The notes beneath the pieces were generated by a model that did not search any database, was not told the DNA's origin, and saw only the letters and a program-made list of their open reading frames with translations. Made by a program: the position numbers and the translations under genes. A DNA stretch of 63,428 nt, counting the filler. It is 6 parts of 6 records of this genome, joined end to end, with 100 filler letters (N's around TTAATTAATTAA, not from the genome) between each part and the next. Parts side by side here need not be neighbours in the genome. Positions count along the whole stretch, not along the records: positions 54,835 to 63,428 come from SRR20825019_1750; 5 more parts are not named here. One strand, 5' to 3'. Below are positions 54,735-63,428 of this stretch, piece by piece; the stretch's first letter is position 1; every line of letters starts with the position of its first letter.

Positions 54735-54834
54735 NNNNNNNNNNNNNNNNNNNNNNNNNNNNNNNNNNNNNNNNNNNNTTAATTAATTAANNNNNNNNNN
54801 NNNNNNNNNNNNNNNNNNNNNNNNNNNNNNNNNN
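54735..54834. other. Artificial contig-joining spacer
   Basis: 44 N + TTAATTAATTAA + 44 N. Confidence 0.98.
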
Positions 54835-54918
54835 GGTACGGGCGAAGGGACTCGAACCCCCACGGATTGCTCCACTGGAACCTAAATCCAGCGCGTCTAC
54901 CAGTTCCGCCACGCCCGC
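54835..54918 (-). tRNA. tRNA-Leu (anticodon TAG)
   Basis: GCGGGCGTGGCGGAACTGGTAGACGCG CTGGA-TTTAGGT-TCCAG, long variable arm, GGTTCGAGTCC, 3' ...ACC cut by the contig end. Confidence 0.95.
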
Positions 54919-54963
54919 ACACAAGCATACCAAACACACCGGAAGTACCGGTGTGGGTGCGCC

Positions 54964-54992
54964 TTAATACAAACTTCGATCATGTCATGCAA
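54964..54992 (-). promoter_or_regulatory. Sigma70 promoter of tRNA-Leu
   Basis: TTGCAT-17 nt-TATTAA followed by a GC-rich discriminator GGCGC. Confidence 0.6.
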
Positions 54993-55177
54993 GCATCGCC
55001 TTTTAGACAGATGCATTCAGGTGGAAAATTAATTTGAAACGGGCCGGTTTTCTGCGTTCTACAAGATTGTTGGAAGGTTCAAAAAACTGCCCGAAAAAGC
55101 ATCTTCGCCCATCAAACATCGGCTTCAGGGGGCCGAACGCAGCCGATTTGCGATAGAACTAGCGCCTCATCCAGACA

Positions 55178-56641
55178 TCACTTGGGCACGCCACGCCAAA
55201 GCTGCCCCAGCAGAACCGGCAGATGATGCGGAATATCCTCGGCAATCAGACCGGGACCAATATCCCCCCCGGCACGCGCATGAAGCCACGCCCCCATGCA
55301 GGCAGCATCAAACATTTCCATCCCCTGTGCCATTAACCCGCCGATAATTCCGGCCAGTACATCCCCAGATCCGGCTGTTGCCAGCCACGGCGCATCGATC
55401 GTGTTGATTGCCGCCCGGCCATCTGGGGCGGCAACAACCGTATCCGCCCCCTTGATCAGGACGGTCGCACCGCTTCGCTTGGCTGCGGCCCGCGCCCGGC
55501 TTAGCTTGTCGCCTTCGATATCAGGAAACAGACGGGCAAATTCGCCTTCATGCGGCGTTAACACCGTTGGCCCCTGAATGGCAAAAAACAGCGTGCTGGG
55601 CTGTTCGGCGAAACTGGTCAGCGCATCGGCATCCAGAACCGTGCACCGACAATAATGCAGCAACGTAATGATCCGGCTGCATGTTTCATCCCCAACGCCG
55701 AATCCCGGCCCGATCACCAACGCGTTGTGACGACAATCCTTTAACAGGTCATCAAGGGTCGCAATCGGTGCCGTCATGATGCCGGGGCTATCCGCGGCAT
55801 AAACCGAAAGGCTTGCGGGTTCTGCCACAACTGTAAGCAACCCTGCCCCGGCACGGCGCGCAGCCCTTGCCACCAGCCGGCCTGCCCCTGTCATGGTCGC
55901 CCCGCCAATCACCAGCAAATGCCCCCGATGATATTTATGCCCATCCACACCTGGCCAGTTGATGCCCGCCCGCCACACACCGGGCTCATTACATACAAGC
56001 ATCGGACGGATATCGCGGATCGTCTGATCGGCGATACCGATGTCACGCACAATCACCTGACCGCACAGAATGCGACCGGGCAAAAGATAGTGCCCCGGTT
56101 TCGGACGGCAGAATGTCACGGTGACGTTCGCCTTGACGGAAATACCGCGAACTTCGCCGGAATTGCCATCAACCCCGCTTGGCACATCAACCGCAACAAC
56201 CGGCACGCCGGAATCGTTTACAGCCTGCACCAGACTGGCAAGATCACCCTCAATTGGCCGCGCAAGCCCCGCGCCAAACAGACAATCAACCACCAGATCG
56301 GCCCCGACCAGCAATGCAGGCGAAAGCCGCTCGACCGCCCCTTCCCAGCGTCCCGCATTCAGGGCGGCATCCCCGGTCAGCTTTTCAACATCGCCAAGCA
56401 GCCCCAACCGTACCGACCACCCGGCATTGCGTAAAAGGCGGGCAATAACAAAGCCATCGCCGCCATTGTTCCCCGGCCCGCATAACACCGTTGCGGCACG
56501 CGTCGTCCACCGCGACACGATTTCGGCAACAACAGACGCACCGGCATTTTCCATCAAAACGTCGCCAGATGTGCCAGCTTCAATGGTTCTGCGGTCGGCT
56601 TCGTACATCTGTTCAGTAGTGAGGACTTCGAACATTTTCAC
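55178..56641 (-). CDS. nnr: Bifunctional NAD(P)HX epimerase/dehydratase (YjeF)
   Basis: LMENAG, CGPGNNGGDG, AVDVPSG, HKY.RG, IGPG.G, LDADAL, LTPHEGEF, LATAGSGDVLAG; start may be 56635. Confidence 0.93.
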   Translation of the reverse strand: MKMFEVLTTEQMYEADRRTIEAGTSGDVLMENAGASVVAEIVSRWTTRAATVLCGPGNNGGDGFVIARLLRNAGWSVRLGLLGDVEKLTGDAALNAGRWEGAVERLSPALLVGADLVVDCLFGAGLARPIEGDLASLVQAVNDSGVPVVAVDVPSGVDGNSGEVRGISVKANVTVTFCRPKPGHYLLPGRILCGQVIVRDIGIADQTIRDIRPMLVCNEPGVWRAGINWPGVDGHKYHRGHLLVIGGATMTGAGRLVARAARRAGAGLLTVVAEPASLSVYAADSPGIMTAPIATLDDLLKDCRHNALVIGPGFGVGDETCSRIITLLHYCRCTVLDADALTSFAEQPSTLFFAIQGPTVLTPHEGEFARLFPDIEGDKLSRARAAAKRSGATVLIKGADTVVAAPDGRAAINTIDAPWLATAGSGDVLAGIIGGLMAQGMEMFDAACMGAWLHARAGGDIGPGLIAEDIPHHLPVLLGQLWRGVPK

Positions 56642-56794
56642 CTGTCACATTCGGTACATTGGCGTGCTTGCCGGATCATCCGGAAAACGAACAGACACCG
56701 GTAGCTATTTGTTTTCCCGATCAGTATATTGCAAACGCAATCGCGAGTCAGAGACTAACGCGTACTTAACGATCCGTAACGAGGCTTTTCCGGT

Positions 56795-58045
56795 ATGCAT
56801 GTTGTCGTGATGGGCGCTGGCGTCATTGGGACGACGGCGGCCTGGTATCTTTTGGAAAACGGCCATCAGGTTACGGTCATTGACCGACAGCACGCCGCAG
56901 GTCAGGAAACCAGCTTTGCCAATGGTGGCCAGATTTCCGCCTGCCATGCCACACCGTGGGCAAATGAACATACCCCCGCACAGATACTGAAATGGCTTGG
57001 CCGCGAAGAAGCGCCGCTGTTGTTCCGGATGCGCTGGGATCCGCAACTGTTTTCATGGGGCCTCCGTTTCCTGCGTAACTGCACCGATAAACGGGCACGC
57101 GTGAACCTTGAAAAGGCACTGCGCGTTGCGACATACAGCCGCGCCTGCCTAAAAGACCTGCGCAGCAGCCTTGGCCTTGAATATGACCATCTCGAACAGG
57201 GTATTCTTCACGTCTGTCGAAACGAAGACGAACTGGCAACGGTCGAAAAGGCAACCCGCCAGATGCAGGAATTTGGCCTGAACCGTCGCATGGTCAGTGC
57301 CACCGAATGCCTTGAAATCGAACCAGCCTTGCGCGACAGCAATGCCAAAATCATCGGTGGCAGCTTTACCCCCGATGATGAAAGCGGGGATGCGCGAAAA
57401 TTTACCGAACTTCTGGCAGACCGCTGCCGTGCACGCGGTGCCATCTTCAGGCTCGACACCACCATCACCGGACTTAAACAGGATCAGGGCCGCATTGCCG
57501 CCGTCAGCACCGATCAGGGCGATATTTCCGGTGATCGTTACCTGATGTGTCTGGGCAGTTACAGCCCGCTTCTGTTAAAGCCGCTTGGCATCCATTTGCC
57601 GGTTTACCCGTGCAAGGGATATTCGATCAGCATCGATACCACTGGCCATAACGGCGCCCCCCGGGTGGCCCTGATTGATGACAGCGTGAAGATGGTCTAT
57701 TCGCGGCTTGGAAACCGGCTCCGCGTCGCGGGAACGGCGGAACTGGACGGCTATAATCTTAGAATGTCGGAACGACGCCAAAAAATAATTGCCGACAAGG
57801 CATTCGAATTGTTTCCAAATTCCGGTGATCGTTCAACAATCGAGTTCTGGTCGGGACTTCGTCCTGTAACACCTGATTCTGCCCCTGTTATTAGTGATAC
57901 CAAATATGATAATCTGTATCTTAATACGGGGCACGGGACTTTGGGGTGGACGATGAGTTGTGGTTCTGGAAAGGCTGTTGCCGATCTCATTGACGGACGC
58001 AAACCCGATATCTCGCTTCTTGGACTGGGTATCGACCGTTTTTAA
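56795..58045 (+). CDS. dadA: D-amino acid dehydrogenase
   Basis: VMGAGVIG, ETSFANGGQ, DESGD, VYP.KGYS, LRVAGTAE, W.GLRP.TPD, NTGHGTLGWT. Confidence 0.93.
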   Translation: MHVVVMGAGVIGTTAAWYLLENGHQVTVIDRQHAAGQETSFANGGQISACHATPWANEHTPAQILKWLGREEAPLLFRMRWDPQLFSWGLRFLRNCTDKRARVNLEKALRVATYSRACLKDLRSSLGLEYDHLEQGILHVCRNEDELATVEKATRQMQEFGLNRRMVSATECLEIEPALRDSNAKIIGGSFTPDDESGDARKFTELLADRCRARGAIFRLDTTITGLKQDQGRIAAVSTDQGDISGDRYLMCLGSYSPLLLKPLGIHLPVYPCKGYSISIDTTGHNGAPRVALIDDSVKMVYSRLGNRLRVAGTAELDGYNLRMSERRQKIIADKAFELFPNSGDRSTIEFWSGLRPVTPDSAPVISDTKYDNLYLNTGHGTLGWTMSCGSGKAVADLIDGRKPDISLLGLGIDRF

Positions 58046-58084
58046 ACGATTGATTGCTGGATAACGATGGGACCAGGGGCCGAC

Positions 58085-59197
58085 ATGACCACAGACTCCC
58101 CGATTGACGCGGAAACCGCGCCATTGGCAGATCAAGTCGTTCTGAACGCACTGCCCTATGCCGCCGTCATCTGCGAGCGTAGCGGCAAGGTTTTGCAGTG
58201 CAATGACGCCATGGCGAACCTGATCGGTGTTGCCCGCGACCGCATGATCGGGCGCAAGGCGGGCTTTCTGTCTGCCGGACTTCTCAATGACATTGATGAT
58301 GTCTTTGCATCCGGTCGGACATGGCGCGGCGATATCGTGCTGGTCAATGCCAGCGATGAAAGCCACATGTGCGATCTATCCATCGCCCCGCTGGAATATT
58401 TCCGCGAAAACGAAACACGCACAGCTGTCCTGATGACGCTGCTTGAAAATGACAGGCAGCAACAGGCCGAGCGCACCTTGATGGAACAGAATCGCGAACG
58501 CTCGGACGCCAATGCTTCAAAATCCGACTTCATTGCCAATATGGGGCATGAACTGCGCACCCCGCTTAATGCGATTATCGGCAATTCCGAATTGATCGCC
58601 GAAGGCGTGCTGGGCGATATTTCCGACAGCTATCGTGACTGCGCACGCGACGTCTACGAGGCCGGAACGCATCTGCTTGAACTCGTGAACAATGTTCTTG
58701 ATGTCTCGAAGCTTTCGAATGGCTCGATGGCTTTGCAACTGGCAGAAGACGATATTGTTTCTGTAACGCAGGAAGCAACAAAACTAGTCAGCGACGACAT
58801 CAAGAAACGGCATCACAAACTGATCCTGAATTTGCCGCAAAAACCATTGATGATGCCATGTGATCGCCTGAAACTTAAGCAAATCCTGATAAACATACTC
58901 AGCAACGCCGCCAAGTTCACCCCCGACAAGGGAGAGATTTCCGTAACATTGACGGTCTTGGACGACGAAATCTGTTTTGCCATTCAGGATAATGGTGTCG
59001 GCATGAGTCCGAACGACATTCCACGTGCGCTTGCCCGGTTCTCCCAATTGCACCCATCAGGGGTCAAGGAAAGTGCCGGAACGGGACTTGGTTTGCCGCT
59101 GGCCAAGCTTTTGGTTGAATTGCACGGTGGACGACTAAGCATCGAAAGCGACCTTGGCAAGGGCACAACAGTACGAATCACCCTGCCCCGCGTTTAG
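58085..59197 (+). CDS. PAS-domain sensor histidine kinase
   Basis: KSDFIANMGHELRTPLNAIIG (H box), NILSNAAKFT, DNGVG, GTGLGL; alternative start 58067. Confidence 0.92.
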   Translation: MTTDSPIDAETAPLADQVVLNALPYAAVICERSGKVLQCNDAMANLIGVARDRMIGRKAGFLSAGLLNDIDDVFASGRTWRGDIVLVNASDESHMCDLSIAPLEYFRENETRTAVLMTLLENDRQQQAERTLMEQNRERSDANASKSDFIANMGHELRTPLNAIIGNSELIAEGVLGDISDSYRDCARDVYEAGTHLLELVNNVLDVSKLSNGSMALQLAEDDIVSVTQEATKLVSDDIKKRHHKLILNLPQKPLMMPCDRLKLKQILINILSNAAKFTPDKGEISVTLTVLDDEICFAIQDNGVGMSPNDIPRALARFSQLHPSGVKESAGTGLGLPLAKLLVELHGGRLSIESDLGKGTTVRITLPRV

Positions 59198-59218
59198 GTT
59201 TTATGTCGTAAAAACATG

Positions 59219-59246
59219 AAGGCCCGGCAGAATATTGCCAGGCCTT
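59219..59246. terminator. Hairpin between convergent genes (probable bidirectional terminator)
   Basis: AAGGCC-c-GGCA gaatat TGCC-a-GGCCTT. Confidence 0.55.
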
Positions 59247-59251
59247 GTGCT

Positions 59252-59734
59252 TTATTGGGCGGCCGACTTGTTCATCTGATCGTGACGCATCTGGATTTCT
59301 TTGGGCCAGCGGCTTTTGATATAGGACAGGGATGCTATGATTTCCTCATCCGTCAGAACTTTTTCAAAGCCGGGCATCGCAGACTGATAACCATCACCGA
59401 TCATTTTCGCCGGACCATATTTGGTCAATGCAAACAGCAAATCATCCGGGTGATGCCAGGTATGGCCGGTTTCATCATGGGGAGGTGCAGGCAGCAAACC
59501 ATCGTCGCGTCGTTCGCGCCAGTTTGCTTCCCCTTTAAAATCACGACCGTGGCAGGACGCACAATTGGCGTCATAGATTTTCTTGCCCATTGCAACCAGT
59601 TGCAAATTATCGGGTTGCAAGCGAACCTGCGCCGCATCTTTTTTAGGGTAGGCACCTGAAAAGACAACAGCAATCACCACGATTGCGGACACGGCCACAG
59701 CTCCGCCGAGGGCAAAAATCGTTTTCTTCTTCAA
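59252..59734 (-). CDS. Monoheme c-type cytochrome with N-terminal membrane anchor/signal
   Basis: CASCHG, PAPPHD.TGHTWHH.D, SAMP; TTG start after GAAGGAAG inferred. Confidence 0.85.
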   Translation of the reverse strand: MKKKTIFALGGAVAVSAIVVIAVVFSGAYPKKDAAQVRLQPDNLQLVAMGKKIYDANCASCHGRDFKGEANWRERRDDGLLPAPPHDETGHTWHHPDDLLFALTKYGPAKMIGDGYQSAMPGFEKVLTDEEIIASLSYIKSRWPKEIQMRHDQMNKSAAQ

Positions 59735-59765
59735 CGAATGTCTTCCTTCTTCAGATTTAAGCAGG

Positions 59766-60149
59766 CTATCCCGCGAGATCGTTGATGATAGGACAATGAG
59801 GACGATGATCGCCTTGGCATTCGTCAACCAGATGCGACAAGGTCTTTTGCAGACTTTGCAGTTCTGCGATCTTGCGTTCGATTTCGATCAGATGTGTTTT
59901 GGCAATCTGCTTCACATCTGCCGAAGCACGGTTGCGGTCCTCGTAGAGCGACAGTAACACCCGGCAATCCTCTACCGAAAAGCCAAGCCCCCGGGAACGC
60001 TGCAAAAAGCGCAATTTGTGCAAGTCATCGTCGCTGTAGTCCCGGTAGCCGTTTTCAAGCCGACCGGGCTTTACCAGTCCGATATCCTCGTAATAACGGA
60101 TGGTTTTCGCCGGAAGACCGCTATCGCGGGATGCATCGGAAATATTCAT
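59766..60149 (-). CDS. cueR: Cu(I)-responsive MerR-family regulator
   Basis: KTIRYYE.IGL, NGYR.Y, LGFS, C-terminal CQGDHRPHCPI metal loop; ATGA overlap with copA. Confidence 0.93.
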   Translation of the reverse strand: MNISDASRDSGLPAKTIRYYEDIGLVKPGRLENGYRDYSDDDLHKLRFLQRSRGLGFSVEDCRVLLSLYEDRNRASADVKQIAKTHLIEIERKIAELQSLQKTLSHLVDECQGDHRPHCPIINDLAG

Positions 60150-62632
60150 GGTTTTTCTCCGCGGACTTTCCAACCTCGCAGCAACAGCGAGTTGCTGACG
60201 ACCGAAACCGAACTCAACGCCATCGCAGCCCCCGCAATCGCGGGGCTCAGGATACCGAACGCCGCCAACGGCACGCCGATCACGTTATAACCAAACGCCC
60301 AGAACAGGTTTTGTGCGATCTTGCGCCGTGTTGCGATCGACACATCAATTGCCCCCTCGACAAGTGCCGGGTCGGACCGCATCAGGGTAATGCCCGCCGT
60401 CTCCATGGCCACATCGGTACCGCCCCCCATCGCAATACCGACATCCGCCGCAGCCAAGGCTGGCGCATCATTGATACCATCGCCGACCATGGCAACATGA
60501 CGGCCAGCCTTGCGCAGTTTTTCGACCTCGCGCGCCTTGTCCTGCGGCCGGATACGACCGCGGCCTTCTTCAAGGCCAAGCTGCTCTGCAACATAGGAAG
60601 CAACATCTTCACCGTCTCCAGACAACATGATGCTGTTGATCCCACGCGCTTTCAGATCGGCTATCGCCTGCTTTGCCGACGCACGAATCCGATCTTCCAG
60701 CGTGATGAACCCGGCGAACCTGCCGTCAATCGCAACCAGAATGACGGTCTGGCCGCGCCCTTCGTAATCGGCAATCTGGCTGCCAAGATCACCATCTGGC
60801 AATCCAATACCAAGATCGGCAAGCATTGCCTCATTGCCTATAACGACATTGTGGTCTTCAACCTTTGCCTGAACACCGGCACCGGTTTTGCTGCTAAAAT
60901 CAGTGATGTCAGGAATTTTAATTTCCTGTTTGCGTGCGGCATTGACGATTGCACGCGCCAGCGGATGTTCGCTTGCGGCCTGCACGGCGGCAGCCATACG
61001 CAGCAGTTCGGCTTCATCTGTGCCCTCTGCGGGTTTGATGTCTCGAACTGTTGGCTTGCCTTCGGTCAGGGTACCGGTTTTATCAAAAATGACGGTATCA
61101 ACATTGTGTGCCTGTTCCAGCGCATCGAAGTTCCGGATCAGGATACCGCTTTTCGCCGCGGCCCCCGTGCCCGCCACCAGTGCGGTTGGTGTCGCAAGCC
61201 CCAATGCACAGGGGCAGGCAATAACAAGAACCGAAACAGCGGCCACAATCGATACTTCCATCGTGGCACCGAATAAAAGCCATCCGCCAAAGGTAACCAA
61301 GGCAATCAAGACGACTACGGGCACAAAAATCCCGGAAACTTTATCGACCAGTTTCTGAACCGGTGCCTTTCCGGTCTGGGCATGTTCAACCAGCCGAATG
61401 ATCCGCGACAGCGTTGTATCTTCGCCGATTGCTGTGACTTCGACATCAAGCCGCCCGGTACCATTGACAGCACCACCAACGACCATATCCCCTGCCACAC
61501 GCGCGATCGGGCGTGTTTCTCCGGTGATCAGGCTTTCATCAAGCTCACTTTCACCTGCTGAAACCTTGCCATCAACGGGAACACGTTCACCTGGCAAAAC
61601 CCTGACGGTGTCACCGATAACAAGCTGGGCGATATCGATTTCAATTTCGCCTTTGGTTTCGTCAAGTTTACGCGCACGGCGCGGACGTAGCGCCATCAGT
61701 TCACGAATAGCCGCCGACGCACCGCGTTTGGCGCGTTCTTCCATGATTTTACCGGCAAGGATCAGGGTGATGATCGCGGCGGATGCCTCGAAATAAAGAT
61801 GCGTCTGCCCGTCATGACCAGCCACAATCATGTTATAAAGGCTCAGGAAATAGGCGGCCGACGTGCCAAGTGCGACCAGCACGTCCATATTGGCACTGGC
61901 GTTACGCAACGCCATCCAGGCGCCGCGATAAAACCGCCAACCGATCAGGAACTGCACCGGGGTCGCCAGCGCCAGTTCTACCCACGGGCTCAAATAAAAA
62001 TCGACCCCCAGATACATCCAGATCATCTGGGCCACCAGCGGCGCGGTCAGGACAATCGAAGCCGCCAGCCACCAAAGCGACTTGTCGGAATTCTTTTGGT
62101 CTGCGGGATCCTGCCCGTTTTCCTGACCCGATTTGCCTCGTGAAACAGCGTGATAACCGGCCTTTTCAACAGCCGCGATGACATCGGCGTCACCAACCTG
62201 TCCCGGTAAGGTATGAATATCGGCCCGCTCCAGTGCGAAATTGACACTGGCTTCCGTAACGCCGGGCAGTTTGCTCAATGCCTTTTCGACGCGAAGCGCG
62301 CAATTGGCGCAGGTCATGCCATCAATATCAAAAGACCGGCTTTCATCGGCAACAGAATAGCCCGCAGAACGGATGGTATCGGCCAGTTTGCTAACTGATG
62401 TCTGATCACGATCAAAGGTGACATGGGCAGAATTCAGCGCAAGGTTCACCTCGGACGATACACCGGGCAGCTTGCCCAATGCCTTTTCAATCCGACCGGC
62501 ACAGGATGAACAAGTCATCCCGCCGATTTGCAGGGTCACTTCGCCACGCGCCCCTTCGTCCGTCGGTTTTTTCAAACCGGGGGCACCATTGCCACGAATT
62601 TCAGGGATGTCGGGTTCTGATCGCCTGTCCAT
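60146..62632 (-). CDS. copA: Copper-translocating P1B-type ATPase
   Basis: Two GMTCxxC domains, CPCALGLATP, DKTGTLT, SEHPLA, GDGINDAP, YN, MALSS. Confidence 0.95.
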   Translation of the reverse strand: MDRRSEPDIPEIRGNGAPGLKKPTDEGARGEVTLQIGGMTCSSCAGRIEKALGKLPGVSSEVNLALNSAHVTFDRDQTSVSKLADTIRSAGYSVADESRSFDIDGMTCANCALRVEKALSKLPGVTEASVNFALERADIHTLPGQVGDADVIAAVEKAGYHAVSRGKSGQENGQDPADQKNSDKSLWWLAASIVLTAPLVAQMIWMYLGVDFYLSPWVELALATPVQFLIGWRFYRGAWMALRNASANMDVLVALGTSAAYFLSLYNMIVAGHDGQTHLYFEASAAIITLILAGKIMEERAKRGASAAIRELMALRPRRARKLDETKGEIEIDIAQLVIGDTVRVLPGERVPVDGKVSAGESELDESLITGETRPIARVAGDMVVGGAVNGTGRLDVEVTAIGEDTTLSRIIRLVEHAQTGKAPVQKLVDKVSGIFVPVVVLIALVTFGGWLLFGATMEVSIVAAVSVLVIACPCALGLATPTALVAGTGAAAKSGILIRNFDALEQAHNVDTVIFDKTGTLTEGKPTVRDIKPAEGTDEAELLRMAAAVQAASEHPLARAIVNAARKQEIKIPDITDFSSKTGAGVQAKVEDHNVVIGNEAMLADLGIGLPDGDLGSQIADYEGRGQTVILVAIDGRFAGFITLEDRIRASAKQAIADLKARGINSIMLSGDGEDVASYVAEQLGLEEGRGRIRPQDKAREVEKLRKAGRHVAMVGDGINDAPALAAADVGIAMGGGTDVAMETAGITLMRSDPALVEGAIDVSIATRRKIAQNLFWAFGYNVIGVPLAAFGILSPAIAGAAMALSSVSVVSNSLLLRGWKVRGEKP

Positions 62633-62671
62633 TTAGGTCACCATTCCATGATCAATAACTTGATATGGGTG

Positions 62672-62702
62672 ACCATAGAGGTTCCAGCAACTGGAAGGTC
62701 AA
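62672..62702 (-). promoter_or_regulatory. CueR-dependent promoter with operator
   Basis: TTGACC-19 nt-TATGGT containing the dyad ACCTTCC-N7-GGAACCT (CueR box, MerR-type long spacer). Confidence 0.88.
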
Positions 62703-62762
62703 GCATAAAACGGGCGGATTGATTTTGCGTTATCAATTCACCCGCAAATATCTGATAAAAAT

Positions 62763-62791
62763 AAAAAAACCCCGGACAATACCGGGGTTTT
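62763..62791 (-). terminator. Intrinsic terminator downstream of bfr
   Basis: AAAACCCCGG-6 nt loop-CCGGGGTTTT; the minus-strand stem is followed by T7. Confidence 0.85.
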
Positions 62792-62810
62792 CAAATGACA
62801 TTTGGCAACC

Positions 62811-63302
62811 TTAACCGTGCGGGTTCGGCTCACCAACTGCGCGGAACTGGATATAGTTCGGCAAGCCCATCATATCGATCAGACGGATCTGCTGTTCAAG
62901 CCAATATGCATGGTCCTCTTCGCTGTCATCCAGCAGCGTGGTCAGCATATTGCGCGTCTGATAATCTTCTTCCTTCTCGGCAAGTTTAATCGCCTTTTTC
63001 AGAAGATCGATCACATGATATTCGTGTTCGAGATCGTTTTTCATCATCTCAGGCACGGTTTTGCCGATCTTGATCGGACTGCGCGACGCGGTATCGGGCA
63101 CACCTTCAAGGAACAGAATACGTTCGATCAGGCGTTTCGCATGTTCGAGTTCTTCGTCCTTTTCATGATGCATACGAGCATAAAGTGCATGCAAACCCCA
63201 ATCGAGATACATCTCGGCATGGGTGTTGTACTGGTCGGCGGCGGACAATTCAGCCGTAAGCTGCTTGTTCAGCGCGTCGATAACCTTCTTGTTACCCTTC
63301 AT
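62811..63302 (-). CDS. bfr: Bacterioferritin subunit lacking the heme-ligand Met52
   Basis: MKG..VI..LN, EL.A..QY..H, E51/H54, IERILFLEG.P, DL..E, EEDH; Leu at position 52; GGAG RBS. Confidence 0.92.
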   Translation of the reverse strand: MKGNKKVIDALNKQLTAELSAADQYNTHAEMYLDWGLHALYARMHHEKDEELEHAKRLIERILFLEGVPDTASRSPIKIGKTVPEMMKNDLEHEYHVIDLLKKAIKLAEKEEDYQTRNMLTTLLDDSEEDHAYWLEQQIRLIDMMGLPNYIQFRAVGEPNPHG

Positions 63303-63323
63303 GGCGTTTAAGCTCCTGATGTG

Positions 63324-63428
63324 TTAGTCGCCGTCGCCAGAACGGCTTTGAATATAATTCTGCATACCGACATTTTCGATCTGCCACTGCTCCGTTTCCA
63401 GCCAGTCGACATGTTCTTCCTGATCTTC
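63324..63428 (-). CDS. bfr: Second bacterioferritin, C-terminal fragment (not in ORF track)
   Basis: Manual translation EDQEEHVDWLETEQWQIENVGMQNYIQSRSGDGD* matches the Bfr C-terminus (EE.H.DWLET....I...G..NY.Q). Confidence 0.85.
   Translation of the reverse strand, partial: EDQEEHVDWLETEQWQIENVGMQNYIQSRSGDGD

Noticed and set aside
54835..54918. tRNA as the integration site of a genomic island
   Set aside because: The contig ends at the tRNA 3' end; no integrase or att duplication is visible, so it cannot be supported
59894..61276. 460-aa plus-strand ORF
   Set aside because: Antisense shadow of copA/cueR

Overview
This window is not one locus. It is six contigs joined by an artificial 100-nt spacer (44 N + TTAATTAATTAA + 44 N) at 10927-11026, 23643-23742, 36612-36711, 45562-45661 and 54735-54834. 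Contig 1 (1-10926) is bacterial, plausibly Verrucomicrobiota/PVC. It carries an amino-sugar/sugar-acid catabolic cluster (NagA-like, SDR, UxuA, AGE epimerase, M20 deacylase, DapA/NanA-like aldolase, NAD-dependent epimerase, TetR, two amidohydrolases, DegT aminotransferase) with several REP-like and MITE-like intergenic repeats. Contigs 2, 3 and 5 come from a compact-genome microbial eukaryote with ~50-nt GT-AG introns and very GC-rich 5' intergenic islands. They encode a kinase, an APC transporter, snurportin-1, organellar uL1, a GRASP apparently fused to an unknown domain, a decayed piggyBac/YqaJ-like transposon, a RING-PHD protein, an FAD monooxygenase, a GARP transcription factor, an IP3-receptor-like channel and a PSI-LCAT lipase. 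Contig 4 is Rhodobacteraceae-like: PLD, Pho-boxed phoD, tandem ABC exporters with a candidate leader peptide, CCA enzyme and a Nudix hydrolase. Contig 6 is alphaproteobacterial (Thalassospira-like): tRNA-Leu, nnr, dadA, a PAS histidine kinase, copA-cueR-cytochrome c and two bacterioferritins. All annotations, taxonomic guesses and gene models come from reading motifs by eye; no searches were run.
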